Shown here: one piece after another, positions 53,723 through 63,505 of the stretch | Numbering within the stretch: position 1 is the first letter of the stretch | Layout: each line of letters starts with the position of its first letter | NCBI GenBank assembly: GCA_965206845.1 | Contig: OZ242221.1 | Coordinates: 1,504,001-1,568,000 of the forward strand | DNA: 64,000 nt | Direction of reading: 5' to 3' | Source of the DNA: Cenarchaeum sp. | GTDB lineage: Archaea; Thermoproteota; Nitrososphaeria; Nitrososphaerales; Nitrosopumilaceae | Made by a program: the position numbers and the translations under genes | The notes under the pieces: model-generated | Seen by the model: the letters and a program-made list of their open reading frames with translations, nothing else | Database searches by the model: none | Told to the model about the DNA's origin: nothing

Positions 53723-54697
53723 ATGGCGCAGCAGTACGAGATAGTCATAGTTGGAGCAGGCCCTGCGGGGCTGGCAGCGGGCATGTATATCGCAAGGCAG
53801 AGGGTCTCGTGCTTGGTAATATCCAAGGATCTGGGAGGACAAATGAACCTGATTCCAAAGCTGGAGAACTATCCTGGAACCATAATGTCAAGCGGCCCCC
53901 TGCTGGCAAGAACGCTGGAGAACCAGTACCTGACGTTTGGCGGAGATATGACATATGATACCGTGGAGCGCATAGACGAGACCGATGATGGGCTCAAGAT
54001 CAAGACTGCTCGGTCCGAGTACTCGGCAAAGGCAGCCGTGATTGCCGCAGGCAAGGTGCCAAACAACCTGGGCCTGGACAATGAATCCACATACCAGAAC
54101 AAGGGGGTTCACTACTGCACAAAGTGCGACGCACCATTCTACCAGGGAAGGATCACTGCCTCTGTGGGTGTTGGCGCGTACCTGATCGAGTCGGGAATAC
54201 TGCTATCACGGATGGCTGATCATGTCTATGTGATATTCAAGGGAGGAAGGCTGGGCGGCGACCCGGATCTGATAAAGTCGCTAGAGCGAAAGGAGAACGT
54301 GGAGCTGATTCCCAACTCCAGCATAAAGTCCATCTCGGGCAACGGCTCACTGCAACAGATTACCGTGGCAGACAGATCCGGAGCAGAGAAGACCATCAGT
54401 GTGGATGGACTCTTCGTCGAGATGGGCTCTAAAATCAACCTGGGCTTTGTCAAACACCTAGTCGAGCTGAACACCAAGGGAGAGATCAAGGTATCCAACG
54501 GCGGAAGAACGGCACACCCGGCAATATTTGCCGCCGGTGATGCTACGGACATACCCTACAAGCAGATAGTGGCCGCATGCGGCGACGGGGCAGCAGCGGG
54601 ACTGTCTGCGTTCAACTATCTTGAAAAGCTCAAGGGAAAACCGGGAATCCGCGCCGACTGGAAGAAGCAGATAGGCAATACGGTATTCCACTATTAG
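53723..54697 (+). CDS. trxB: Thioredoxin reductase
   Basis: GAGPAG, ENYPG, redox-active CTKCD, FAAGD. Confidence 0.92.
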   Translation: MAQQYEIVIVGAGPAGLAAGMYIARQRVSCLVISKDLGGQMNLIPKLENYPGTIMSSGPLLARTLENQYLTFGGDMTYDTVERIDETDDGLKIKTARSEYSAKAAVIAAGKVPNNLGLDNESTYQNKGVHYCTKCDAPFYQGRITASVGVGAYLIESGILLSRMADHVYVIFKGGRLGGDPDLIKSLERKENVELIPNSSIKSISGNGSLQQITVADRSGAEKTISVDGLFVEMGSKINLGFVKHLVELNTKGEIKVSNGGRTAHPAIFAAGDATDIPYKQIVAACGDGAAAGLSAFNYLEKLKGKPGIRADWKKQIGNTVFHY

Positions 54698-54727
54698 TTT
54701 TAATTTGGTCGTATCGTACCTGCTTGT

Positions 54728-55183
54728 ATGAAGGCCACTTTTGGAGCGGGATGCTTCTGGCATGTTGAGGAGGTCTTTGCCAGGACTCCTGGCGTTGCGG
54801 GTACCGCAGTGGGATACATCGGCGGCCACACCGACAGCCCGACATACCAGGATGTGTGCACGAACAGAACCGGTCATGTAGAGGCAGTGCAGGTAGAGTA
54901 CGACCAAGACAGAGTGTCCTTTGAAGATCTGCTTGATATATTCTGGGGCAACCACAATCCCACCACGCCAAACAGGCAGGGTCCGGATGTGGGAACCCAG
55001 TACCGTTCTGTCATCTTCTTTCACTCGCCAGAACAAGAGGCATTGGCCAGAAGATCAAGAGAAACGCTTGATGCGTCAGGCAAGCTGCCGGCGCCTGTCG
55101 TGACGCAGATAGTTCCCGCCACCGCGTTTTACAGGGCTGAAGAGTACCATCAGCGATACTTTAAGAAGATGGGCCTAGTCTGA
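54728..55183 (+). CDS. msrA: Peptide methionine sulfoxide reductase A
   Basis: GCFW, TGHVEAV, GTQYRS, AEEYHQ. Confidence 0.97.
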   Translation: MKATFGAGCFWHVEEVFARTPGVAGTAVGYIGGHTDSPTYQDVCTNRTGHVEAVQVEYDQDRVSFEDLLDIFWGNHNPTTPNRQGPDVGTQYRSVIFFHSPEQEALARRSRETLDASGKLPAPVVTQIVPATAFYRAEEYHQRYFKKMGLV

Positions 55184-55237
55184 GCATACCCGCGCTGGCG
55201 CTGCGGGTTCAGAAGATTCAATAAAACTCCGGCGTCG

Positions 55238-55639
55238 ATGCATGTCATGGGTAGGACAGAGGAGGTCTTGGATGCGATGATCAAGTACCAGCAGGAAGGC
55301 TCCATAAGGTTTGTCCTGCAGGCGGACACTAGGGAGATTACGCTCTCCGACTGTCGTATCTATCGCTTTTCTGCATCGGTGCGATCCACGGACCGCGGTG
55401 ATGCACGCCTTTCTGGTGCTCCTGCCTACAAGATAGTGGGTTCCAGCCACGATCTCAGCATAGTGTCTTTGCTGCCCCGTGTAATGCTTGGCCCGAGCAC
55501 CGAGTTTGCCAAGCTAAAGATTACTGCCGAGTTTCCGCCGGACTCTGTGGGGAGAACGATCATGTACGGACACTTGACAAACAGTATGCAGAACCTGTCT
55601 CTGATACAGCTCCATATTGTAGTCGACGAAGTGGCCTAG
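55238..55639 (+). CDS. Hypothetical protein
   Basis: 133-aa ORF fitting between msrA and the USP gene; no recognised motif. Confidence 0.6.
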   Translation: MHVMGRTEEVLDAMIKYQQEGSIRFVLQADTREITLSDCRIYRFSASVRSTDRGDARLSGAPAYKIVGSSHDLSIVSLLPRVMLGPSTEFAKLKITAEFPPDSVGRTIMYGHLTNSMQNLSLIQLHIVVDEVA

Positions 55640-55663
55640 ACGGCGTCCTAGCCTGACGCGCAG

Positions 55664-56080
55664 CTACTCTACAATGTGCACCGGGATTTTGGACGCTTCC
55701 ACTACGTACTTTGCAACGCTGCCAAAGATTGCCTTCCTGACGGCGTTCTTGCCGCTGGGGGTCAATACAATCAGATCAAAGCCGCCGTCCTTTGCCAGCT
55801 TGACAATGTTGTACCCGGCATCGCCGCGCATGATGGTAATGTTAAGGACAACCCCATCCCTTACCACATCTGATACTGCCTCTTTCATAAATGCCTGGGT
55901 GTGCAAATCCGGGAGTTTTTCTGTGGTTTCGTATCCTGCAAACTCTGTGTGCTTGCCTGTGCTTTGCACATGTACCGCGGTGACTTCTGCCCCGTGCTGC
56001 TTTGCCAGTGATACTGCTGCCTCAAGCCCCCTCTTGGCGTTCTCAGAGCCGTCATGGGGCACCAGAATCTTCTTTACCAT
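55664..56080 (-). CDS. Universal stress protein
   Basis: KKILVPHDGS, DLIV, FGSVAKYVV..SKIPV. Confidence 0.92.
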   Translation of the reverse strand: MVKKILVPHDGSENAKRGLEAAVSLAKQHGAEVTAVHVQSTGKHTEFAGYETTEKLPDLHTQAFMKEAVSDVVRDGVVLNITIMRGDAGYNIVKLAKDGGFDLIVLTPSGKNAVRKAIFGSVAKYVVEASKIPVHIVE

Positions 56081-56251
56081 GCCTATGTATCTGTCCATTC
56101 ATACTTAAAAGCATGATTCCTGCCATGCGCGAGATCACATCCCTATCCGCTTGGGCATAAAAGCGCACGTTTGAAAGAGCTCCTATGACCGACTCGGTGC
56201 GACAGACGATCTTGCGACTGATTTTTCTAGAAATATGTTTAATTATGATCA

Positions 56252-57055
56252 TTGTGGCACCTATTGGTGCAACAACAGTACGTGTCTGTTGGAGGGCACA
56301 AGACTCGCTATCTTGAGTGTGGCGGATCCGGTGACTTCCTCGTCTTTCTGCACGGACTGGGAGCATCTGCAGATAGGTGGGAGTTTGTGGCGCCGCTCTT
56401 TGGGAAGCACTTTCGTGTCATCATTCCAGATTTAATCGGATTTGGATACAGCGACAAGCCTGCAGTTGACTATACCATGGAGTTCTTCTCAGATTTTCTG
56501 GGCAGCTTTTTGGATGAGTTGGGCATACGCAAGGCCCACATAGTTGGCTCATCCCTGGGCGGGCAGATATCTGTCGAGTTTACTGCAGACAACAACACTC
56601 GCGTCAAAAAACTGGTCCTGGTGTCCCCGTCTGGAACCATGCGCACCGCGACTCCTGCCTTGGATTCCTATACCATGGCCGCGCTGTACCCCAACATTAA
56701 GTCCGCTCGACGCGCCTTTGCGGCCATGGATGCATTTCCAAAACGCATACCGAATCACATCATAGAGGACTTTGTCAGCAGGATGAAGCTACCAAATGCC
56801 AAGATGGCATACATGTCGACCCTGCTGGGCCTCAATAACTCAGCAGATGTCCGGAGCAGGCTTGACAGGATCCGCGTTCCAACCATGCTGATCTGGGGAG
56901 ATATGGATCCTGTAATACCACAGAACTACTCCCGTGAGTTTGTCTCCGCTATTGAGAACTGCGTCTACCGGCGCATGCCGAAGTCGGGCCACACCCCGTA
57001 CGTGGATAACCCAGATGGCTTTTACAGGCATGTGAAGGGCTTTCTTATTACCTGA
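56252..57055 (+). CDS. Alpha/beta-fold hydrolase
   Basis: FLHGLG, DLIGFGYS, nucleophile elbow GSSLGG, WGDMD, GH. Confidence 0.93.
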   Translation: MWHLLVQQQYVSVGGHKTRYLECGGSGDFLVFLHGLGASADRWEFVAPLFGKHFRVIIPDLIGFGYSDKPAVDYTMEFFSDFLGSFLDELGIRKAHIVGSSLGGQISVEFTADNNTRVKKLVLVSPSGTMRTATPALDSYTMAALYPNIKSARRAFAAMDAFPKRIPNHIIEDFVSRMKLPNAKMAYMSTLLGLNNSADVRSRLDRIRVPTMLIWGDMDPVIPQNYSREFVSAIENCVYRRMPKSGHTPYVDNPDGFYRHVKGFLIT

Positions 57056-57094
57056 TCATTTGGTTTATATACCTCTTATATCCATTGATTACCA

Positions 57095-57520
57095 ATGAGT
57101 GGAAAACAATACCAATATGATCCAGTTACTATGTTTAGCGACTGGATTCAAAACAACGGTAATGCACAAGCCCAGTTCATGAGGAGCTTTGCCGACCTTA
57201 TGAATGGACAGTCCAAAGACGAATTTGATCCCCTGAAGACCCTTCGGGAGATGGTCAGCAATACTGCTAAAACTCAAGCCAGAATGATGGCGGGAATGGC
57301 AAGTACACAGTCAAAGAACATGAACGAAATCTTTGGCTTCGGCCAGATCATCCCGAATTTTCTGAACTGGGGGGCCTACAAGACTACCATTGGTAGTAAC
57401 GGAAGAATCTCGATACCTGAGGCTGAGAGGGATGCTCTAAAACTCGAGGAGGGAGACCTAATACAGGTCATAATCCTTCCGGTGGCAAAAAGATCAAAAA
57501 CAAAGGAGGTGAAACAATGA
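57095..57520 (+). CDS. AbrB-domain regulator (haloarchaeal PhaR-like)
   Basis: Helical Gln/Met-rich N-terminus with C-terminal AbrB motif TIGSNGRISIPEAERDALKLEEGDLI. Confidence 0.78.
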   Translation: MSGKQYQYDPVTMFSDWIQNNGNAQAQFMRSFADLMNGQSKDEFDPLKTLREMVSNTAKTQARMMAGMASTQSKNMNEIFGFGQIIPNFLNWGAYKTTIGSNGRISIPEAERDALKLEEGDLIQVIILPVAKRSKTKEVKQ

Positions 57521-57936
57521 GCACAGAAACAAAGCAGGCAAAGGACATATTTGCAGTATACCAGCAGAACGTAGACAGGTATCTCGACGCAGTAAAGCGT
57601 TCAGTACCCAAGTACCATCAGTCCATCACAAACGCACAGCAGGAGTGTGTTGGGGCATGTGAGAACGTAATAAATTCTACCATCACGCTACAGAGAGAGT
57701 ATGCAAGACGCGCAGGCATTACAACCAGCGTACCCGAAGCAACACTTAAAGTAATTCGTGATACTACCGAGGAAGCAATCAAGACAGCATCCATCAACAA
57801 TCAGATTGCACTAGCAACAATTGACGCAGCACAGCAAAATGTCAGAGCTTTCAACGATAACGTGAAAGCCTTCGCCGATCTAAACAAAAACATCATGCAG
57901 TCGTGGATTTCGGCATTTACCGTAATCAAAGCATAG
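57517..57936 (+). CDS. Phasin-like amphipathic helical protein (PhaP-like)
   Basis: Small Ala/Gln/Asn/Thr-rich helical protein; ATGA overlap with the AbrB gene; GGAGGTGA SD; low-GC codon bias. Confidence 0.6.
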   Translation: MSTETKQAKDIFAVYQQNVDRYLDAVKRSVPKYHQSITNAQQECVGACENVINSTITLQREYARRAGITTSVPEATLKVIRDTTEEAIKTASINNQIALATIDAAQQNVRAFNDNVKAFADLNKNIMQSWISAFTVIKA

Positions 57937-57940
57937 TCAT

Positions 57941-57962
57941 CTTTTTTTGACTCTTTTTTTTT
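57941..57962 (+). terminator. Oligo-T archaeal terminator
   Basis: T7 and T9 tracts immediately after the stop codon. Confidence 0.75.
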
Positions 57963-58370
57963 CCTAACACATTTTTCATCTATGTTGGCGCAACCCGGTA
58001 GCGGATCCGCCGGAGATGCGTTCTGTCATTGTACCGTATGCTCCGTTTTAATTTCATGCGTCCAGAACTGCACATTTGCGTTAACTGATGCTTGGTAAGG
58101 CCAGGCGCTAGAACGCCCCCTTGCCTAAACCACTGATCAATGCCGAATAGCAACCCGTACCATCTCTCAAGTGTAGGATCGGATTTTTTCCACAGGTGCG
58201 ATCAGGTTACCGGATAACCCTAAACCCATGTGCCGTCCCACGATCAGCAATATGATCCAGCGCCTGCCTTTTTGGATGTTGCAGATCTGTGGATTCAGGT
58301 ATGCCCGCAGATTGGGCATGAACCGTGGCAAGATCAGAGGATCTGCCGGATCGCATTAACACAGGAATCT

Positions 58371-58886
58371 CTAGAATCCCACATCAGCGTCAAACCCGCC
58401 GCCGTCCGTGTCGCCGCCATCGGCACCGGGATCCACGTCATCCATATCTGCCGGCATCTGATCTGCCGGCACATAGTCTCCCATGGGCGCACCCATCATA
58501 CTAAACATCATGCTGAACATCATCATGTCGATTATCCCAAAGAGCAGCATCATGGGAATAATTGATCTTCGATCTTCCATCATCTCACTCAGCTTCTCTT
58601 TGTTTCCAGACTTGTACAAGGTGACCATCTGGCCCCAGTTCTTCTCCATCTCTCGGATGCGCTCCTCTACGACCCTGTCGCCCTTCTCCGTTGTCGTAAT
58701 CTCGACCTTGGCGCCAAGCCATCCCTTCTTCTCCTGCACCTGAATCAATCCGCGCTCCTCTAGACTCTCCAAGATTTTGTCCATCTCCTCTGCGTCCACG
58801 TTTGCAGCCTTGCGGATCTTACTGAAGCTCTTGTTGCCATTTCTAATGGCCCCCAGCACCATAACCTCTGCACCTTCTGCGCCCAT
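58371..58886 (-). CDS. Winged-helix (MarR-like) protein with Met-rich hydrophobic segment and acidic Gly-rich tail
   Basis: ILESLEERGLI...ITTTEKG wHTH; tail DGGDTDGGGFDADVGF. Confidence 0.75.
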   Translation of the reverse strand: MGAEGAEVMVLGAIRNGNKSFSKIRKAANVDAEEMDKILESLEERGLIQVQEKKGWLGAKVEITTTEKGDRVVEERIREMEKNWGQMVTLYKSGNKEKLSEMMEDRRSIIPMMLLFGIIDMMMFSMMFSMMGAPMGDYVPADQMPADMDDVDPGADGGDTDGGGFDADVGF

Positions 58887-59712
58887 CAAATTAATGTGTG
58901 GCACAGTGGTTTTAAAAAAGTTCTGTGACTGTGGCGACTGTACGAAGTCCTGCCCAACAGTAGTGCTGACGCCAAGATCTGGCAACCTGCCCAACATCTT
59001 CTTGGCCAAGCCCGCCTTCCCAAGGGGATCATTGGGTAAGTGTGTCATGACCGCTGGCAAGCTGGCTAGGCAGGACGTACTCCACGTATGCCGTGGCTGC
59101 GTACGGCGGCGTCAGGATTCCAGGCTCGCTGGCGCTCCTAAGGCAGCTGAGGCTCCTGATGTCCTAGGCAGTTGATCTGATCCTGTCGAACCTGCGGCGG
59201 TCGAGTTTGATGACAAACCGGTAGTGTGCCTGGTAATGGCTGGTCTCTTCGGCTCCGAGGGAGCCTTTGTTCATACTTCTCCTTTTGTGCTTGGGCGCAT
59301 CAAGGATCCTGGCTGTCTTGTACCTGTCCGTCTTATCGAGGCTGGCGGCATCCCCTCTTTGTCCTGTGCTGGGGATCCCCATGCCGGGCACCTTTTTGCA
59401 GCTGCCGCCCGGGCGGCACCTTTAGCCTGCATCGAGGACGGGCGGGCCGAGATCGAGGTTCTGGAGCCAGATCCAGCCAAACATGCCTTGGAAGCATGAC
59501 CGAGTCGCTGACGCTGCCGGATGTGGTTGCCGGTGCCGGCATGATCTGCAGACCAAGAGCGGCGGTGACGCAGCGCACTGGATGCGCCTTCCGGCGGATC
59601 CAGACGCAGCCACTCTCCTTCCTGTCCGGTCATGTGGATATCTCGCAACAGCCCCCAAAATTGGGTAAAGATTAAAAAGTCAAATGTCTATTATATACAG
59701 TGTAATTTACGC

Positions 59713-60615
59713 ATGAACAGTTCGTTTAATCTATCCCAGGGATGTCCCTCGTGTGCCAAGGCACGCCTTGTTACCGACGATGCTACCGGCGAGGTGTTCT
59801 GCGAACACTGCGGCTTTGTAGTAAACGACAAGCTGGAAGAGACAGGGGCAGAGTGGCGCTCGTTCTCCAATGATGATGCCAGCCGCTCCAGGGCAGGAAC
59901 GGCCACATCACTTACCATGCACGACATGGGCCTCTCAACCATTATCGGAACGGCAAACAGGGACTCTGCTGGCAAGCCCCTGCCATCAAACATGAAGAAC
60001 ACTATTGAACGGCTCAGAGCATGGGATAACAGAACACATGCGCGCACATCCGCGGATCGGAATCTGAGACAGGCGCTAAACGAGATGAACAAGCTCAATG
60101 ACAAGCTGGCTCTTGGCGATGCGGTAATTGAAAAGGCCGCCCTCATTTATCGCAAGGCGATGGAGAAGAAGCTCATCAAAGGAAGATCCATACACGGGCT
60201 GGTTGCGGCATGCCTTTATGCAGCGTGCAGAAACACCGAGACCCCTAGGACCCTAGATGACATTGCCAACGGGATCAACATAAGAAGAAAAGATGTGGCA
60301 AGATGCTACCGTCTGATATTTCGGGAGCTGGATCTGAAGATGCCCGTAGTGGATCCCGTCAAAGGCTTGTCCCGTATTGCCAGCGTAGCAAAGCTCAGCG
60401 AAAAGACCAAGAGGAAAGCGATCCAGATCCTGAACCAGGCCAAAAATCTTGGAATGGCGGCAGGCAAGGATCCCATGGGCATGGCAGCGGCAGCTCTTTA
60501 TCTTGCGTGCATCAGCAGCGGGGAGCCAAAATCACAGAAGGATATCTCGAATGCGTCTGGAGTAACCGAGGTTACGATAAGAAACAGATGCGCCAGCCTG
60601 AAAGATCTAGTGTAG
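59713..60615 (+). CDS. tfb: Transcription initiation factor IIB
   Basis: Zn ribbon CPSC...CEHCG, EWRSF B-reader, two cyclin repeats, GVTEVTIRNR. Confidence 0.97.
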   Translation: MNSSFNLSQGCPSCAKARLVTDDATGEVFCEHCGFVVNDKLEETGAEWRSFSNDDASRSRAGTATSLTMHDMGLSTIIGTANRDSAGKPLPSNMKNTIERLRAWDNRTHARTSADRNLRQALNEMNKLNDKLALGDAVIEKAALIYRKAMEKKLIKGRSIHGLVAACLYAACRNTETPRTLDDIANGINIRRKDVARCYRLIFRELDLKMPVVDPVKGLSRIASVAKLSEKTKRKAIQILNQAKNLGMAAGKDPMGMAAAALYLACISSGEPKSQKDISNASGVTEVTIRNRCASLKDLV

Positions 60616-60619
60616 AAGA

Positions 60620-60904
60620 ATGGCGCAAAATCCCTGGTCACAATGGCACGACTTTAACCTCCAGACGGTAGACGATGCGCCAGAGACACCCGGCGTGTTT
60701 GTGATGCATGTGGCAATGAAGATTCTCTACATTGGGGGATCGGCCAACATTCGGAATGGCCTGACGCAGGCACTCAGAATGCCCTGCTGTAGCAATGCGA
60801 CACGATTCAAGTACATGCAGGAGCCAAACTACCTGCAGCATCGGGACGACTTGGTCAGAGACTACAAGGAGCGCCACGAGGGCAATCTTCCGGCGTGCAT
60901 GTAG
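60620..60904 (+). CDS. Small GIY-YIG-like protein
   Basis: PETPGVFVM...ILYIGGSANIR. Confidence 0.65.
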   Translation: MAQNPWSQWHDFNLQTVDDAPETPGVFVMHVAMKILYIGGSANIRNGLTQALRMPCCSNATRFKYMQEPNYLQHRDDLVRDYKERHEGNLPACM

Positions 60905-61450
60905 CTACCAAACCACCTTCTCCTTTTTTCTGGTGATGAGGAAGATTCCTGCCGTCAGGCCAAACTGGTACACCATGTAGATTATGACCTCAAACTCAGA
61001 CGGCGTGTAGTCGGTAAACCTGGCAAGAACCGCCACTGCAATCAGAGATGAGTTCATTATGAGTACAAAGTAGCGGGCTATGGTTGGAAGGACGGCAAAG
61101 CGGAACACTACAATCAGCAGCACGCTGATAGATGCAGCAATAACCGCGCCAAACCCTGCGCCCAGGCCAAGAATGCTCACTGTCAGCGTAAACAGCTCGC
61201 CCGTGGTCGCAGGGGTCACGAGCTCCTCTGTGGGAAACTTTTCCGGTACCGCAAATTTGAGAATGCCCGCGATCGAGTTTATTGTAAAGAGTATCAGCAG
61301 TATTGACGAGACCAGTCTTGCATGCCTCCTGAGTCCGGGAAACCTGTTTCTGATTCCGCGTCCCATGACTCCACCCTGGATGAATCCGACGGTAAGCACG
61401 ACAAGAAGCGTAGCGGCATAGTTCTCCCCGGCAATTCCCAGTATGTCCAT
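60905..61450 (-). CDS. Hypothetical membrane protein
   Basis: About five hydrophobic segments. Confidence 0.75.
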   Translation of the reverse strand: MDILGIAGENYAATLLVVLTVGFIQGGVMGRGIRNRFPGLRRHARLVSSILLILFTINSIAGILKFAVPEKFPTEELVTPATTGELFTLTVSILGLGAGFGAVIAASISVLLIVVFRFAVLPTIARYFVLIMNSSLIAVAVLARFTDYTPSEFEVIIYMVYQFGLTAGIFLITRKKEKVVW

Positions 61451-61776
61451 TCGTTTTGTAGCAAACCGCGTGGCAATAATATATTTTGCCAGGCGCAAAC
61501 GCGCGATGCCTCTTGTTGTAGCGGGTCAGGCGTGAAAGCCCGTCTGTGTGCACGAACTGCCCAAAGCAGGGGTGGGATTCTGATCTCACATGCACCGCCT
61601 GATCCCTTGGACCTGCCCCTTCAGACAGGATCATGGGGTATCTGAGAGGGTGCTGTGCAGAAGGTCAGGCGATGCCCGCACGGACTGCCTGGCAGCCTGC
61701 AAATGCTGCAAGGGGCCAGGCCGGTTTGTACGTCGGGGCCAGCACTGGCTACAGAGGCAGCCCGGCTCCTGCAGGA

Positions 61777-62169
61777 TCAGAATGTTCTTCTTTTGGTGTC
61801 TCGCAGCTCGCTCACAATCTCAAGAACCTTAAACGGGATATGGGTAAAGTCTAGGCCGAGCTCGCCGGAGGCAAGCAGCACGCGGTTCTCCGCTAGTGGA
61901 AAGCTCATGACTATGACCTTTTCCCTGTAGGACAGTGAAAAATGGACGGCTCCAAGCTCCCGGTCAAACTCGTGCCTCATCCTCACGCGCAGCGCAAGCT
62001 CCATGAACATCATCTCGTCCTGTTTTGTATCCTCTAGGGATTCTAGGCCGCTCTTCATTCCGCCTGCCATCAGATGGCCCCGGCTGTTTATGATTCGAGC
62101 CGAACGCATTCTTGGATCCAGGTCCATTATGCAGCTGCACATATCTTCAAGCCGCTTTACTTCATCCAC
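61777..62169 (-). CDS. Roadblock/DUF6659-like protein
   Basis: MRSARIINSRGHLMAGGMKSGL...MRHEFDRELGAVHFSLSYREKV. Confidence 0.8.
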   Translation of the reverse strand: MDEVKRLEDMCSCIMDLDPRMRSARIINSRGHLMAGGMKSGLESLEDTKQDEMMFMELALRVRMRHEFDRELGAVHFSLSYREKVIVMSFPLAENRVLLASGELGLDFTHIPFKVLEIVSELRDTKRRTF

Positions 62170-62614
62170 ATGTCGTGATCTGTATGAGAACTATTTATTA
62201 TGTGCCATGCGCAACAGGCCGGTTCGCAGCAGTTTGTGGATCTTTTCCCCAACGATCGACTGCACGCGTTCCCGGCGGTCAGCTTTTAGATTAGGCCACA
62301 GCGCGTCGCACAAACCCTGGATGTCGTACACAACCTCTCCGTGCTGCCTGTTGGCCTTTGATCCGATCGTGGCGACTCGGTATGCTGGAGCAGTGTCCCC
62401 CTTCTGGCTAAGGCAAGGACGCGGCGGTTTATCTCATCTGGGGGAATCATGTGCTTGTGTCCTGTGGACTTGGGAGTATAGCTCCCAATTCTCCAATGCC
62501 TGCGTATGGGTTGGTCATTTGCGCATGGTGCCCCCATATGTCTACGCTCGGCAGCAGGATCCGTCGGAGTTCAAGTACGCGAACTATTTATTGCGAACCG
62601 TGCGGCAATACGGC

Positions 62615-63505
62615 ATGGGCATGGATCCGACAAACTCCAAAGAGTATTACAAGCACCTGTCGCTCTTTTGGACCGACTTGGTTCACCTGATGTCGAGCAA
62701 GCCGCAGGCACTGACGTCGGTGGGGCCCATGAGGAACTACGCCGAGAACTCGAAGAGGATCGCAGTAGAGATGATAGAGTCAGCTGCCCAACTCAAGGAG
62801 TTCAACGACTCGCTACTGCTATACTACAAGCAGCTGGCAGACACCTGGTTTGACGCCCAGAAGAAGGTCAATGCAAAGATGCCGCAGGTACCCCAGGATG
62901 CGGAGCAGTTCGAGGCATACAAAAGAATCTGGGTAGACATACTGGACAACGACTTTACCGAGCTCTTTGACTCGAAGAGGTTTGGCGAGAACTACGGAAA
63001 GCTGGTGGCGCAGGAGATGGAGCTTGCCAATCACTGGAACAACGTAACAGACGTGCTGCTAAAGTCAGCAAACCTGCCAAGTAAAAAGGAGATCGACGAG
63101 ATGTACCGCCAGATGCACGATCTAAAGAAGCGCGTGTCTGTCCTTGAGTCACAGCTGCTGTTTAGAAGAGAGGGCAAGGCAGACGGCGTAAAGGCGCCCA
63201 ATGCTGTAGCGGTGGAGCCTAAAATATCAGGCAAGACGGGCAGCACAAAAGTTCCCAGGGCAGTAGCGGAGCCCAAAGCGCAGAGCAAGACCGACGGCGC
63301 AAAGGCGCCAAGGATCGTGCCTAAAAGGCAAGGCAAGACAGATGGCGCGGGGGCATCAAATCCTGTAGCCGCAAGACGGAGCAAGGCAGGCGGTGCAAAG
63401 GCGCCCAAGGTCGTGTCTAAGAGACAAAACAAAACAGGTGGTGTAAGGGCATCCAAGGCGAAGCCTAAACGACGGAGGAAGGCAGATGTCGCAGACAAGC
63501 GTTGA
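62615..63505 (+). CDS. phaE: Class III PHA synthase subunit PhaE with basic repetitive tail
   Basis: WVDILDNDF..LF.S..F, NLPSKKEIDEMYRQMHDLKKRV; overlaps the phaC start. Confidence 0.88.
   Translation: MGMDPTNSKEYYKHLSLFWTDLVHLMSSKPQALTSVGPMRNYAENSKRIAVEMIESAAQLKEFNDSLLLYYKQLADTWFDAQKKVNAKMPQVPQDAEQFEAYKRIWVDILDNDFTELFDSKRFGENYGKLVAQEMELANHWNNVTDVLLKSANLPSKKEIDEMYRQMHDLKKRVSVLESQLLFRREGKADGVKAPNAVAVEPKISGKTGSTKVPRAVAEPKAQSKTDGAKAPRIVPKRQGKTDGAGASNPVAARRSKAGGAKAPKVVSKRQNKTGGVRASKAKPKRRRKADVADKR

Noticed and set aside
58890-59700. Several short overlapping ORFs upstream of tfb
   Set aside because: No recognisable motif or consistent frame; possibly decayed sequence
62003-62614. 200-aa N-terminal extension of PhaE
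   Set aside because: It overlaps the opposite-strand gene and lacks protein-like features; treated as open non-coding frame
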